From IMG/VR virus record IMGVR_UViG_3300003629_000001: a stretch of 64,000 nt of DNA, one strand, 5' to 3'. How positions within the stretch are numbered: position 1 is the stretch's first letter; each line of letters starts with the position of its first letter. Shown in pieces: positions 33,116 through 42,765 of this stretch. The DNA is from a virus. Under the pieces are notes generated by a model. That model did no database searches and was not told the DNA's origin. It saw nothing but the letters and a program-made list of their open reading frames with translations. The translations under genes and the position numbers were made by a program.

Positions 33116-33799
33116 ATGAGTGGAAAGAAATGTCCAACTTGCGACATGGAGTTTCAACGGTTGGGGCAACACTGGCGTTATTCCGACCAGTGTGAGTATC
33201 CTGAACCCGACCAGCGGCAAGACAAAATAATCAAGGGATTGGTAATGAGTGACGCTTCGGTGGAAAGAGGTGGTGAAAATCCATCAATGGAAATTCAAAC
33301 AGTAACAAAAGAATTTGCTCGGTGGATTGATTCAGAACTGGGTTCATTGAGTAGTGGTGTGAAAGAACGACCAGCGGCGTCTAACAGACCAGAGTCGAAA
33401 AATGAGATTGTGGCTGTTCGATTGTGGTCAAATCCAAATCTACGAAAGTACAGTGAATGGTATTCGTCGGGTGAAAAGAGATTTCCCGAAGATATTGACT
33501 TGTCACCTTTGACTGTGAAAGTTTGGTATTGTGGTGACGGACATTTGGGGTGGAGCGGTCATTATACTACGAAGGCTTCACCGGGCTTTGGTGTCACTAA
33601 TGAATCCGACCGATTGGAATTTCTTTCTCAAAAATTCCGCGAAGTTGGTTTCAATACCCGTACTGAAGAACGCGGAATTGTGGTAATTGACCGTGACGAG
33701 ATAGCCGATTTCTTTGATTGGTTGGGTAAGCCACTTCCCGGTTTTGAATGCAAGTGGCAATTTAATAATCCAGATAAGTACAAGGAACTACAGCAATGA
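33116..33799 (+). CDS. LAGLIDADG-like homing endonuclease
   Basis: Two LAGLIDADG-like helices (IIKGLVMSDA, KVWYCGDG); AT-rich; sits upstream of the packaging genes. Confidence 0.7.
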   Translation: MSGKKCPTCDMEFQRLGQHWRYSDQCEYPEPDQRQDKIIKGLVMSDASVERGGENPSMEIQTVTKEFARWIDSELGSLSSGVKERPAASNRPESKNEIVAVRLWSNPNLRKYSEWYSSGEKRFPEDIDLSPLTVKVWYCGDGHLGWSGHYTTKASPGFGVTNESDRLEFLSQKFREVGFNTRTEERGIVVIDRDEIADFFDWLGKPLPGFECKWQFNNPDKYKELQQ

Positions 33800-34518
33800 A
33801 CGACAAGAATTTACCAGAAGAAGCAAAGTCGGACAGTCCACGATTCAAAAAGAAATCGACCCGAGTTCAAGTAGCGCTTGCTCGGTATCATGGTATGGGG
33901 GATGAACCCCCTTCGACGCTTCAAGAGATTGCTGACTATCTCCGTATCGACAAAGCCACCGTATCTGATTACGTCAACAACACGGAAATGGCCGAAGAGG
34001 TAGAAGATAGGCTGGCCGAAGCACAGGCCCGGACGCGTATGCGTCTCGCCATGAAACTCATGGACTACCTTGACAACCTCGAAGAAATGGAAGCGGAAAT
34101 GCAAGAAGAGAAGCGCCCTGCTGTCGTCTCTCACGAACAGGAAGACGTGAAAGGCGAGGTGACGATGAACCGCGACGGAATGACCGTCATAGACGATAAA
34201 ACGGTCGATTTCTCCGTTCCCGTACCGGACAAGTTCAAGGAAGTTCCGAAGGTCAGCAACCTCAAAGACATTTGGCGGGAGAAGCGTCAGGTCATTCAGC
34301 AAATCGAAGACCTACTCGGCCTCGAAGCCCCCGACCAAGTGGAATCCAAGCACGAAGAGGTCAACACGGAAATCAAGATTTGGGGTGGTATGGAAGACAA
34401 CAGTTTCCCCGAGCAACGAGTTGTGGACGGGGGCGACTCTGAAGACCTTGACCGACTGGACGAACTCAAGGAAGCCGAGGAAAACGAGGAAATACCGTCT
34501 GAATTGAACGACGAATAG
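33796..34518 (+). CDS. HTH protein, probable terminase small subunit
   Basis: TLQEIADYLRIDKATVSDY HTH, helical hairpin and LLGLEAP tail typical of TerS; upstream of TerL. Confidence 0.6.
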   Translation: MNDKNLPEEAKSDSPRFKKKSTRVQVALARYHGMGDEPPSTLQEIADYLRIDKATVSDYVNNTEMAEEVEDRLAEAQARTRMRLAMKLMDYLDNLEEMEAEMQEEKRPAVVSHEQEDVKGEVTMNRDGMTVIDDKTVDFSVPVPDKFKEVPKVSNLKDIWREKRQVIQQIEDLLGLEAPDQVESKHEEVNTEIKIWGGMEDNSFPEQRVVDGGDSEDLDRLDELKEAEENEEIPSELNDE

Positions 34519-34527
34519 GGGTACTCG

Positions 34528-35238
34528 TCAGGGGTTTTCTTCGTAAGTACGAACGTTGTCCATATAGGCTTCACCACTCCCAATACCCCCGGACTTGAAT
34601 CCGAACGCGTCTCCCGAATACTGTGTGTCATTGACGGTGATTCTATCGCCAGTATTCACTGCTTCAAGTATTAGTGTTCCATTGACGCGTCCGAACTCAA
34701 TCGTGTACCAAGTGTTGTCATTATAATCCTGAAACGTTTGTGCAATGGCATTAGCGCCCCCGCTTGATGGGTCAATTTTGTTAATCTCTAATTCGTCCTG
34801 ATTAGAGGCGATAGAGAAAGAATAACCGTTTCCGTTACTGTCTTGGAAACCGGTGACACCGATGTTCATTCCGCTTGTAGTGTATATATCTGCTCGGTAT
34901 AGAACATCTTCTTCAAAACCGCCCTTTTCCGTTGTCCAAACGAAATCCTGACTGTCTCTATGCTGGAAGGAGCCAGCCCGGTCGCCTTCAGTTACAACGT
35001 TAGTTTGTGAACCAAAGAGTCCAGTATCGCCTTGATAGAGTGATTTGTCGTCGGGGAAATTCTCGAAATTTTCGAGTCCGGGGAAGCCACCAAGACCTAT
35101 ACCGGACTCGAAAACGAACGATGATTCGTCCCCTGTATTGCTTACGGGGACTCCCGACTCGAAAACGTATTCAGTATCGCCGTGACTACCAACGAAGATG
35201 GGTTCTCCTTTCTCGAACACATAGTCTGAATCAGGCAT
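34528..35238 (-). CDS. putative adhesin / lectin-like virion protein
   Basis: Three (Y/F)VFE(K/S)G repeats, then a beta-rich ConA-like domain (ENFE...YMDNVR). Confidence 0.5.
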   Translation of the reverse strand: MPDSDYVFEKGEPIFVGSHGDTEYVFESGVPVSNTGDESSFVFESGIGLGGFPGLENFENFPDDKSLYQGDTGLFGSQTNVVTEGDRAGSFQHRDSQDFVWTTEKGGFEEDVLYRADIYTTSGMNIGVTGFQDSNGNGYSFSIASNQDELEINKIDPSSGGANAIAQTFQDYNDNTWYTIEFGRVNGTLILEAVNTGDRITVNDTQYSGDAFGFKSGGIGSGEAYMDNVRTYEENP

Positions 35239-35893
35239 CTATATCGTCCACCCATACTTCGATATTGTTATTGCTTGTCGGGTCGCCGGTGTACGGTTTT
35301 TTACCCCCCGACGAGTGCGGTCGAAGTGCTACTTGTTCGTATGGTACAGGATTGGCAAAATTGAGTGAACCTGATTGAGTAACGCCAGCGTCGTCGCGGA
35401 ACTCGTAATCAAATTCTCCGGTGTCAAAATTCAGATTGATAGTCATTGCTGTCCACCGACCTGACGAAGAAGAACTATCGACTGTTGACCAACCCCCACC
35501 GTGGTACACGACCCACTGTGGATTGTCTGAACCGAAAGCACAGATAGGAGTTCCTGATGAATCTTCCAGTCCAATGACGTGACCGTTCCCGTTATCTGTT
35601 TCAAACCAGTCCCATGTGACAGTCCGCGTACCCTCGGAAACAGAGCCGCCTAATGGCCTCGTTGCTTGCGGATTGTCAACACCATTGAGATTGGTACTGG
35701 AATTGTACGTTGCTAAACCAGACCACGAACCGTTATTTGAGCGACTGTTATCAGCCACGAAATTGTTTACATTCCATTCTGAAACATCGCCATCCTCGAA
35801 GCCGTCGAAGAAACCCGTTGTAACAAGTCGCCCAGCGTTAACTCCGCGTCCCTCAATCAGAAACCCTCGTCCGTCAGTATCTATTCCCGTCAT
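35231..35893 (-). CDS. putative adhesin / lectin-like virion protein
   Basis: FDGFEDGDVSEW...WVDDI beta-sandwich pattern. Confidence 0.5.
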   Translation of the reverse strand: MTGIDTDGRGFLIEGRGVNAGRLVTTGFFDGFEDGDVSEWNVNNFVADNSRSNNGSWSGLATYNSSTNLNGVDNPQATRPLGGSVSEGTRTVTWDWFETDNGNGHVIGLEDSSGTPICAFGSDNPQWVVYHGGGWSTVDSSSSSGRWTAMTINLNFDTGEFDYEFRDDAGVTQSGSLNFANPVPYEQVALRPHSSGGKKPYTGDPTSNNNIEVWVDDIDA

Positions 35894-37860
35894 TATTCCA
35901 CCACATACGCGAATAGGCCACCAATCCCGTCAGTTGTGTAACCGTTTCCAGTGTTGTTATTGATACGGAGTTTGAAAATAGATAGACTCCCGCTGGCATT
36001 CCCGTGCTGAACTACTGGCCCGGTTGTGCTTTCTGTGTTCACTGTATTTTCACTTGCCTGTATGTTGTCTGAATCACCGAGTAATTGTACTTCGAGTCCA
36101 GCCGGAGCAGTACCGTCGCTTATTTTGTAGGCCCCCCAGCGGTACACTTTCAGTGTTTCCGTGTTTGGTACGGGGACAGAAATTTCTATACTTTCGGTGT
36201 CTTCCAACAGAGCAGTGGGGATATTCCCGTTGGGACTGTCAACAAGGCTTTGGACACGGGATTTCGAGATTGACACGTCCAGAGTATATACCCGATAATC
36301 GAGTTCTACGTCGTTCCCACTTCCGGGGTCTGTATCCCATGAAGCGTCAATTGTTACGTCTTTTTCCCCGCTGGCATTGTCCCACGCTTCGCCCCAGTCG
36401 TAATCCCATGCGTAATTAGCGTCAAAACTCGGGTCAGCGTTGACACCTACTTCTACGTAGAGATTTTCTGTTTGGTCAGTTGTCACCCCAGCAATGGTTT
36501 CTGAAGTAGAAGAGCCGCCAGTGTGATTGAATACACCGGTGTCAAGTACAGTAACACCGGATGAATCGGAATCGACCCTGACTGTCCCGTCACCGTTGTC
36601 AGTAACAGCAAGTTCGTTCCCAAAGTCAATGCCGCCGGATGAACTCAATATCGTTGTACCGCTGTCTTCGATAGAGATTCCCGAGGAGTCTACGGCACTT
36701 CCGCCAGCAGTGAACCAATTAGTTCCGTTGGAAACGTAAATTACAGCCCCGTAGTCGCTGGAAAGTGATTTTGAGGAAACGCCGTCGATAGTTTCGCTTC
36801 CTTCAGTTTCAATCGTCACATTGTTCGTTTCAGCCGCTCCGGCTACGTCAACGACAGTCACATAATTTCCATTTTCCACGTCAGCCGAAGCGAGAGTGAG
36901 TGTGAATGCCCCACTGCTGGTATCCACCAAGGCTACTTCTTCTCCGCTTGTTGTATGATTGGAAGTGAGAGGGCCGACTGTCACGCGGTTGTCGTCAATC
37001 TGTGGACGAGGGATGTGTCCTTCGGACGTGTCCCAAATGGTCGCTCCGACAGCAGAGTCGGTCAAGTCGTTACCCGCCGCGTCCATGTCTGAAATCGTAG
37101 GAAGAGCGTAGGGGTTATTGAGTTCTGTCGTGGTAATTCCACCGGACGGGATAGCAATATCCGCGCTTCCACCGAGTCCAATGGAAGCATTGGTCGTTGT
37201 CAGACCGCTTCCCGTATTGACAGTAATTGCAGAATTTGCTAAATCAGAATTTGCGAACGGGTATGCGTTGACGCTCGCAATATTCGTCGGAGCGTAGGGC
37301 GCGTTCAGGTCGCCAATTTCCAGTGGATATGCTGAAATTTGAGCGGCGTATTGTAGTGCGTCAAGGGCGGCGTCTACGGTGTTGATTCCGTAGATTCCTG
37401 AACTGTCGTCGTAGTTTATCTCTTCTGCTTCGTTCGAGAATTGCGCTCGCCAATTCAGTATATCAGCGTCGGGAACGTCGGTAGCACCAGCAGGGACATA
37501 GATAACAGCAAGGAGTAGTTCGTCACCCTGAACGTCCGGGGGTTCGGGCGAGGTTCCAGCAGTGCCTTCACGGACGCCAGCGGACGATGTGGCGGTATCG
37601 AAGTACACCGTATCCCACCGGTCGTCTGAATCGCCTGAAGAGAGTGTGAACGTACTCGCGGAACCGAGTGTGTATTCCTGTCCGATGTAAAACGCGGTTC
37701 CTGTATCGACTTGGATTTCGAGCGCGTTGGCTGTGGCCGTGACAGCCAAGTGACTCGGTTCTTGTATCCCGTTTCCGGCCAGCGATTCAGCGACAGCCCG
37801 CCACTGAACCTGAAAGAGCGGATTGCCTTGGGGCCATTCGATTTGTGCGGCGTTGGGCAT
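35893..37860 (-). CDS. tail fibre / baseplate-associated structural protein
   Basis: N-terminal RWDTVY...PPDV...LLAVIYVPAG module; VDTSSGAFTLTL...NNVTI...ETIDG...NWF fibre domain; Ser/Thr/Gly-rich. Confidence 0.7.
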   Translation of the reverse strand: MPNAAQIEWPQGNPLFQVQWRAVAESLAGNGIQEPSHLAVTATANALEIQVDTGTAFYIGQEYTLGSASTFTLSSGDSDDRWDTVYFDTATSSAGVREGTAGTSPEPPDVQGDELLLAVIYVPAGATDVPDADILNWRAQFSNEAEEINYDDSSGIYGINTVDAALDALQYAAQISAYPLEIGDLNAPYAPTNIASVNAYPFANSDLANSAITVNTGSGLTTTNASIGLGGSADIAIPSGGITTTELNNPYALPTISDMDAAGNDLTDSAVGATIWDTSEGHIPRPQIDDNRVTVGPLTSNHTTSGEEVALVDTSSGAFTLTLASADVENGNYVTVVDVAGAAETNNVTIETEGSETIDGVSSKSLSSDYGAVIYVSNGTNWFTAGGSAVDSSGISIEDSGTTILSSSGGIDFGNELAVTDNGDGTVRVDSDSSGVTVLDTGVFNHTGGSSTSETIAGVTTDQTENLYVEVGVNADPSFDANYAWDYDWGEAWDNASGEKDVTIDASWDTDPGSGNDVELDYRVYTLDVSISKSRVQSLVDSPNGNIPTALLEDTESIEISVPVPNTETLKVYRWGAYKISDGTAPAGLEVQLLGDSDNIQASENTVNTESTTGPVVQHGNASGSLSIFKLRINNNTGNGYTTDGIGGLFAYVVE

Positions 37861-37999
37861 TCTTGTATCACAGTATGCCTATCAGCGGCATAAATCCGAG
37901 GGAAACATAAAGGCTCAAGAACGCCGTAACTTCTAATACCCCTACTGAACACAAGGACTAAACCACTGTCTGTCAAACCTTTATACGACTTACCGGCCC

Positions 38000-39457
38000 A
38001 TGAGCGCTCAAAACGATTTGCCGCAACGCGAGTTTGAACCCTTGCCGAAGCAGAAACAGTTCCTTCATTCGACGGCTGGTCAGGTTCTTCTGTCGGGTTC
38101 GTTCGGGGCCGGAAAGAGCCGTATCGGATGTGAGAAGGGCTATATGATGAACATGATGTATCCCGGCAACCGGGGGTTGATTGTTCGGAAGCACTTCTCC
38201 GACGTGCGTGCGTCTACGATACAACAGACGCTACTCGAAGAGGTAATCCCTGAATCGCACATTCCCGAAGACGGCCATAATAAGGGGAATCACGAAATTA
38301 AACACCGCACTGGCGTCACGGACGACGACGGTGAACCCATTCTCTCGCAAATTCACTATCACGGCCTTGACTCCGGTAAGAGTACGTCTGACGACGACCT
38401 TCCCCGGAAGATTGGGTCGCACGCATACGGGTGGATTTTCGTGGACGAGGGAACGGAACTCTCACGCGGGGAGTGGTCACAACTTCAGGGCCGACTCCGT
38501 TACAAGGGGAAGCGACAACTCGGAAAGTTCTACGAGGTTCCCTTCCGTCAGATTTTCACCGCGACGAACCCGGCCAGTCCCCAGCACTGGATGTATCAAA
38601 TGTTCTTCGAGGAAGGAAAGGGCGAGGTTGTCAAGATGAACGTCGAAGACAACCCCCACGTTCCCGAGGAATACATCGAACGAATGCGGCGGAATCTCTC
38701 GGGGATGTACTACGAGCGGTATTTCAAGGGTAAATGGATTGGGGCGGAAGGTGCAATTTACAGCGAATACGACCCCAATACCCATATTCTACAGCCCGAC
38801 CAGATTCCGCGTGGCTGGGTCATTGAGCAACGGCGTACCTTTGACGAGGAAGAGTCGATTTGGTACTCTCCGCCACCGGACTGGCAAGTGTACCGGACTA
38901 TCGACCTTGGGTATCGGAACCCGTTCGTCTGTCAGTGGTGGGCGCGGTCGCCGGACGACCAACTGTATATGTTCCGTGAACTGTACGAGACGGAACTGTT
39001 GGTCGAAGACGCCGCTGACCGCATTATCGAACAGACAGACGACGAATGGCATTTAGAGAATACGTACACTGACCACGACGCCGAGGGCGTTGAAACGCTC
39101 AAGAAGGCTGGCGTGTACGCCGCGAACGCGAAGAAGGACGTATCCCCCGGTATTCAGGCGGTCAAGGGCCGCCTTCGGACAGACGACCGTGGTGAGCCGG
39201 GAATGTACTTCATGGCGAATGCTCGGACGCACGCTCCCGACGCTCGCCTGAAACTGGACGACAAGCCGACTCGCACGACTGACGAACTCCCCGGTTACGT
39301 GTGGAAGGACGACGACCAGAAAGACGAACCGAAGAAAAAGAACGACCACGGCGCTGACGCCATGCGCTACCTTGTCTTTAGTGTGGACGAAGGCAACACT
39401 ATGAGCAAGGAAGAAATGGAGCAGTGGGGGGAGATAATGAATGACGGAACTTTCTGA
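38000..39457 (+). CDS. terL: terminase large subunit
   Basis: GSFGAGKS, FVDE, ATNP, DNPH, TIDLGYRNP, DHGADAMRY. Confidence 0.95.
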   Translation: MSAQNDLPQREFEPLPKQKQFLHSTAGQVLLSGSFGAGKSRIGCEKGYMMNMMYPGNRGLIVRKHFSDVRASTIQQTLLEEVIPESHIPEDGHNKGNHEIKHRTGVTDDDGEPILSQIHYHGLDSGKSTSDDDLPRKIGSHAYGWIFVDEGTELSRGEWSQLQGRLRYKGKRQLGKFYEVPFRQIFTATNPASPQHWMYQMFFEEGKGEVVKMNVEDNPHVPEEYIERMRRNLSGMYYERYFKGKWIGAEGAIYSEYDPNTHILQPDQIPRGWVIEQRRTFDEEESIWYSPPPDWQVYRTIDLGYRNPFVCQWWARSPDDQLYMFRELYETELLVEDAADRIIEQTDDEWHLENTYTDHDAEGVETLKKAGVYAANAKKDVSPGIQAVKGRLRTDDRGEPGMYFMANARTHAPDARLKLDDKPTRTTDELPGYVWKDDDQKDEPKKKNDHGADAMRYLVFSVDEGNTMSKEEMEQWGEIMNDGTF

Positions 39458-39459
39458 CC

Positions 39460-40023
39460 ATGAATAGCAAAGAATGTCCAGTTTGCGGTGAAGAGTTCGA
39501 GTTTTATCCGTCAAGAGAGACAAAAACCTGTTCTCCCGAGTGTGGCTATCAGACGTTCCCTGAAGGAGAAGACCACGGGTCATATGACCCTGACGCTCAC
39601 GTAGAATGTGAACAGTGTGGTGATACATTCGAGAAGAAATACTACGACAAAGAGACTCAAGGACGGTTTTGTTCAACCGAGTGTTGGTCAGAATGGTGTG
39701 ACGACCACCCCGAACGTCGTGATTTTGAGGGATATGGGGCTGGCTTTAAGAATCTTCGGCGTAAGATTCGTAATAGGGATACTGTGTGTCAGATTTGCGG
39801 TCACGACGGGACGGAACACCGACTCGAATGCCACCACATTCGGAAAGTGGCTACGTTCGAGAACCCGAGTGACGCGCACACGATGGACAACGCGGTTTTG
39901 CTCTGTGCTTCGTGTCATAGACACGCTGACGCCGGACGTGTTGAAGAACTCTTGAGTCGGGCTGATTCTAAAGCCGTGACTCAATTCGTACCGAATCAGC
40001 CGTCAATAGAGGAAAGTAACTAA
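39460..40023 (+). CDS. zinc-finger HNH homing endonuclease
   Basis: CxxC/FCSxxC repeats; RD..CQIC...HHI...N...LCASCH. Confidence 0.85.
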   Translation: MNSKECPVCGEEFEFYPSRETKTCSPECGYQTFPEGEDHGSYDPDAHVECEQCGDTFEKKYYDKETQGRFCSTECWSEWCDDHPERRDFEGYGAGFKNLRRKIRNRDTVCQICGHDGTEHRLECHHIRKVATFENPSDAHTMDNAVLLCASCHRHADAGRVEELLSRADSKAVTQFVPNQPSIEESN

Positions 40024-40024
40024 A

Positions 40025-42184
40025 ATGTCACGGATTACCAACAACCGAATCACCAAGGCGCTCAAGCAAGGGTTCGAGAATCGTGTCGCAAGCGTAATGC
40101 AAAAGTTCGGCTACCCCAGTGGGGGTGCTGGTATGGGTGGCCGAGGGCAAGAGGCTGAACCGCCTTACGCCCGTCAGGTTCCGCCACAGGCAATCTACCA
40201 AATGCGGCGGAAGCAATCGCTTGTGAATAACGCTATTGAAGAGAAGGTGAATCAGACCTTCCGGCGTGGATTCACGGAGTGGGAGAAGGAGTACATAGCC
40301 GAGTGTCAGGACTGTGGCGAGACGTTCGAGACGATAGAGCCGTTCACCGGTATGCTCGGTGACGACGGTGACGAAATCGAAGAAGAAGACTTGGATTTCT
40401 CGAAGATTCGTCCCTGTCCCGACTGTGGGGAAATGGCCGCGTTCAGCACCCCCGACGAGGAAGAGAAAGAAGAGGCACAGAAATACTTCGACGCCGCGAA
40501 TATGCGGGGTCGAACTGACTCGTTCCTCGAAGGCGACGAACAGAACTCGGTCGGTCAGACCTTCCTCGAAGTGTGTAAGGAAGTGGCGTGGGACATTGAG
40601 TCGTTTGACGACGGCTGGATGTTATTCCAGCGCGAATACTGGACTGACCACAACGGTAATATCGTAGATTGGGAACTCAAGGGCGTCCACCGGGGCGAAC
40701 CCGAACTCATGCGATACATCGTTGACGAAGACGGGAATATCGGTGGACACACCGAGGGCCGAGGTGGCGACCGTGGTGTCGCTCGCTGGGTCTGTGTCGA
40801 ATGTCGGGCTACGAAGGAACACTACACACCGGACAAGGCTGGTGACGAGTGCCAGCACTGTGGCGCGAAGACCTACCGAGCGTTCGCTGAACGTCTCGAA
40901 GAGGTGAACGGTGACGCCGTAGAGTGGTATATCCGGGGCGAGTTCGCTCACGCCAGCGAGTACGAACCCTCGAAGTTCTACGGAATGTCCCCCATCATTA
41001 CGCTGTGGGAAGAGGCCCGCACTATCGAAATGATGGACAAGTGGTACAAAGAGGCGTACCAGCAACGCCGCGCCCCGCGTGGGGCTATGGTGGTTCGGTC
41101 GTCCAACGCCGAGTCCGTTCGGAGTTGGAACCAACAGCAAATGCAAGAACTGAAGAATGACCCCCAGCACATTCCGACGTTCATTGACGACACCGAGGGG
41201 AAGGGCCAACCGCTGACGTGGCAACCGCTTCTCGAAGAACCCGCGCAAATGCAACATATGCAAATGCGTGAGTGGTTCCTTGACCGTATCTCCGCGAAGT
41301 TCGGAGTGACGGCTATCTTCCAGAAGGCCAGCCCCGAGAACTCCGGGCTGTCGCAATCTATGGAAATCATCGTCAGCAACCGCTCGGCCATGCGGCTGAA
41401 GCAACTGTACGACGACACCTTCCTTCCCGCGTTCCTGTCTCAAATACAGGTAGAGGGCTGGGAGAAGGAAGTTAACGAAATCGAAGAGGAAGACGAAGTG
41501 GCCGAAGCAGAGCGTATCGGGAAGGAACTCAAGAACGCCCAACTCGCACAGAAAATCGGTGCGGACGTGGAATGGACTCGCCGCGACACGTTGGACGTGA
41601 AACCCGGTCAACTGGAACCGCCTGAAGGGGCCGAGGGCGAGGAAGGTATGGGTGGCATGGAAGATATGATGGGCGGTGGTGACGACGGCGGTGGGCCTAC
41701 GAACCTACTCGCCGGTGGTGGGAGTGGCCCTGAAGGCGGCGCTCCGCCCAAAGCCGACCCGCAAGGTGGCGCTCCCGATACACCGAACGGGCCGAGTCAA
41801 GACAATCCAATTCAAATGCAAGACGGTGGTGGTGACGGTGGCGGTGGTAACAGCGTGACCACTAGCGATAGTGGTTTCTCGAACGGGTCGTACAGTGGCC
41901 GTTCGGGTGGCACTATCAATATCTTCGAGCATATCGAAGAGCAAATGGACGCCCAGTCGGGGGCGACCAGCCGTGACGACCTTGCTGAACAGGCCAAGAA
42001 GGCGTACAATTACAACTTCTCGAACCTCGGTGTGGACGCCAGTACGGTTCAGAAATTCGCACAGGACAGCGAGAAGACCTTCAGCGACCTTCAGGAAGAA
42101 CACTACGGCTACTGGATGAAAGAGAAGCGGGCGAAGGATACAACCGAGTATCTTTATGAGTTGATGGTTAAAGCAAAACAATGA
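40025..42184 (+). CDS. portal protein with zinc-ribbon insertions and Gly-rich tail
   Basis: Follows TerL; FYGMSPI, PRG.M, ISAKFGV portal-type motifs; four CxxC pairs. Confidence 0.85.
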   Translation: MSRITNNRITKALKQGFENRVASVMQKFGYPSGGAGMGGRGQEAEPPYARQVPPQAIYQMRRKQSLVNNAIEEKVNQTFRRGFTEWEKEYIAECQDCGETFETIEPFTGMLGDDGDEIEEEDLDFSKIRPCPDCGEMAAFSTPDEEEKEEAQKYFDAANMRGRTDSFLEGDEQNSVGQTFLEVCKEVAWDIESFDDGWMLFQREYWTDHNGNIVDWELKGVHRGEPELMRYIVDEDGNIGGHTEGRGGDRGVARWVCVECRATKEHYTPDKAGDECQHCGAKTYRAFAERLEEVNGDAVEWYIRGEFAHASEYEPSKFYGMSPIITLWEEARTIEMMDKWYKEAYQQRRAPRGAMVVRSSNAESVRSWNQQQMQELKNDPQHIPTFIDDTEGKGQPLTWQPLLEEPAQMQHMQMREWFLDRISAKFGVTAIFQKASPENSGLSQSMEIIVSNRSAMRLKQLYDDTFLPAFLSQIQVEGWEKEVNEIEEEDEVAEAERIGKELKNAQLAQKIGADVEWTRRDTLDVKPGQLEPPEGAEGEEGMGGMEDMMGGGDDGGGPTNLLAGGGSGPEGGAPPKADPQGGAPDTPNGPSQDNPIQMQDGGGDGGGGNSVTTSDSGFSNGSYSGRSGGTINIFEHIEEQMDAQSGATSRDDLAEQAKKAYNYNFSNLGVDASTVQKFAQDSEKTFSDLQEEHYGYWMKEKRAKDTTEYLYELMVKAKQ

Positions 42185-42765
42185 CATTCAATTGCCCTAC
42201 TTGTGGTGACGGGTTGCCTACAGAGTCAGGAATGAAGAAACACCACACTCGGGTACATGACGAATCTATCGCAACAACCGAGGTAGAGTGTCATTGGTGT
42301 GGAGATTTGACTACATATTCCGATTATGAACTCAATTACCGAGAAGAGTATTTTTGCTCTTCAGAGTGTCGGTATAACTGGCAATCGGAACAAATGGAAG
42401 GGCGTGAATGTGAATGGGCTGAAAAGATAGGCGAATCTAATAGGGGCAATGACGGAATGGTCGGTGACGAAAATCCACGCTGGAATGGTGGAAGGTGTAA
42501 TCGGACTGGGCCGAATTGGGCTACTCAAAGGCGTAAAGCGCTGAAAAGGGATTACCGGCAATGTCGGGTCTGTCAAATGGATAATGAGACTCACAAAGAG
42601 GAATACGGGAGAGAATTGAGTGTCCATCATAAGACCCCAAGGTCGTGGTTTTTGGACGAATACGAAGACGAAACCGAAGCACTCCGTAAAGCGAATCGGC
42701 TTTACAATTTGGTAACAGTGTGTCGAAAGCACCACCGAAATCTGGAATCACAGGTGGCACAATGA
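42181..42765 (+). CDS. C2H2 + HNH homing endonuclease
   Basis: CPTC...HHTRVH; ENPRWNGG; RD..CRVC...VHH...NLVTVCRKHH. Confidence 0.85.
   Translation: MTFNCPTCGDGLPTESGMKKHHTRVHDESIATTEVECHWCGDLTTYSDYELNYREEYFCSSECRYNWQSEQMEGRECEWAEKIGESNRGNDGMVGDENPRWNGGRCNRTGPNWATQRRKALKRDYRQCRVCQMDNETHKEEYGRELSVHHKTPRSWFLDEYEDETEALRKANRLYNLVTVCRKHHRNLESQVAQ

Noticed and set aside
34516-37944. Invertase-driven phase variation of the fibre cassette
   Set aside because: The flanking inverted match is only the short window-wide motif, and no recombinase is visible; kept only as a weak possibility.
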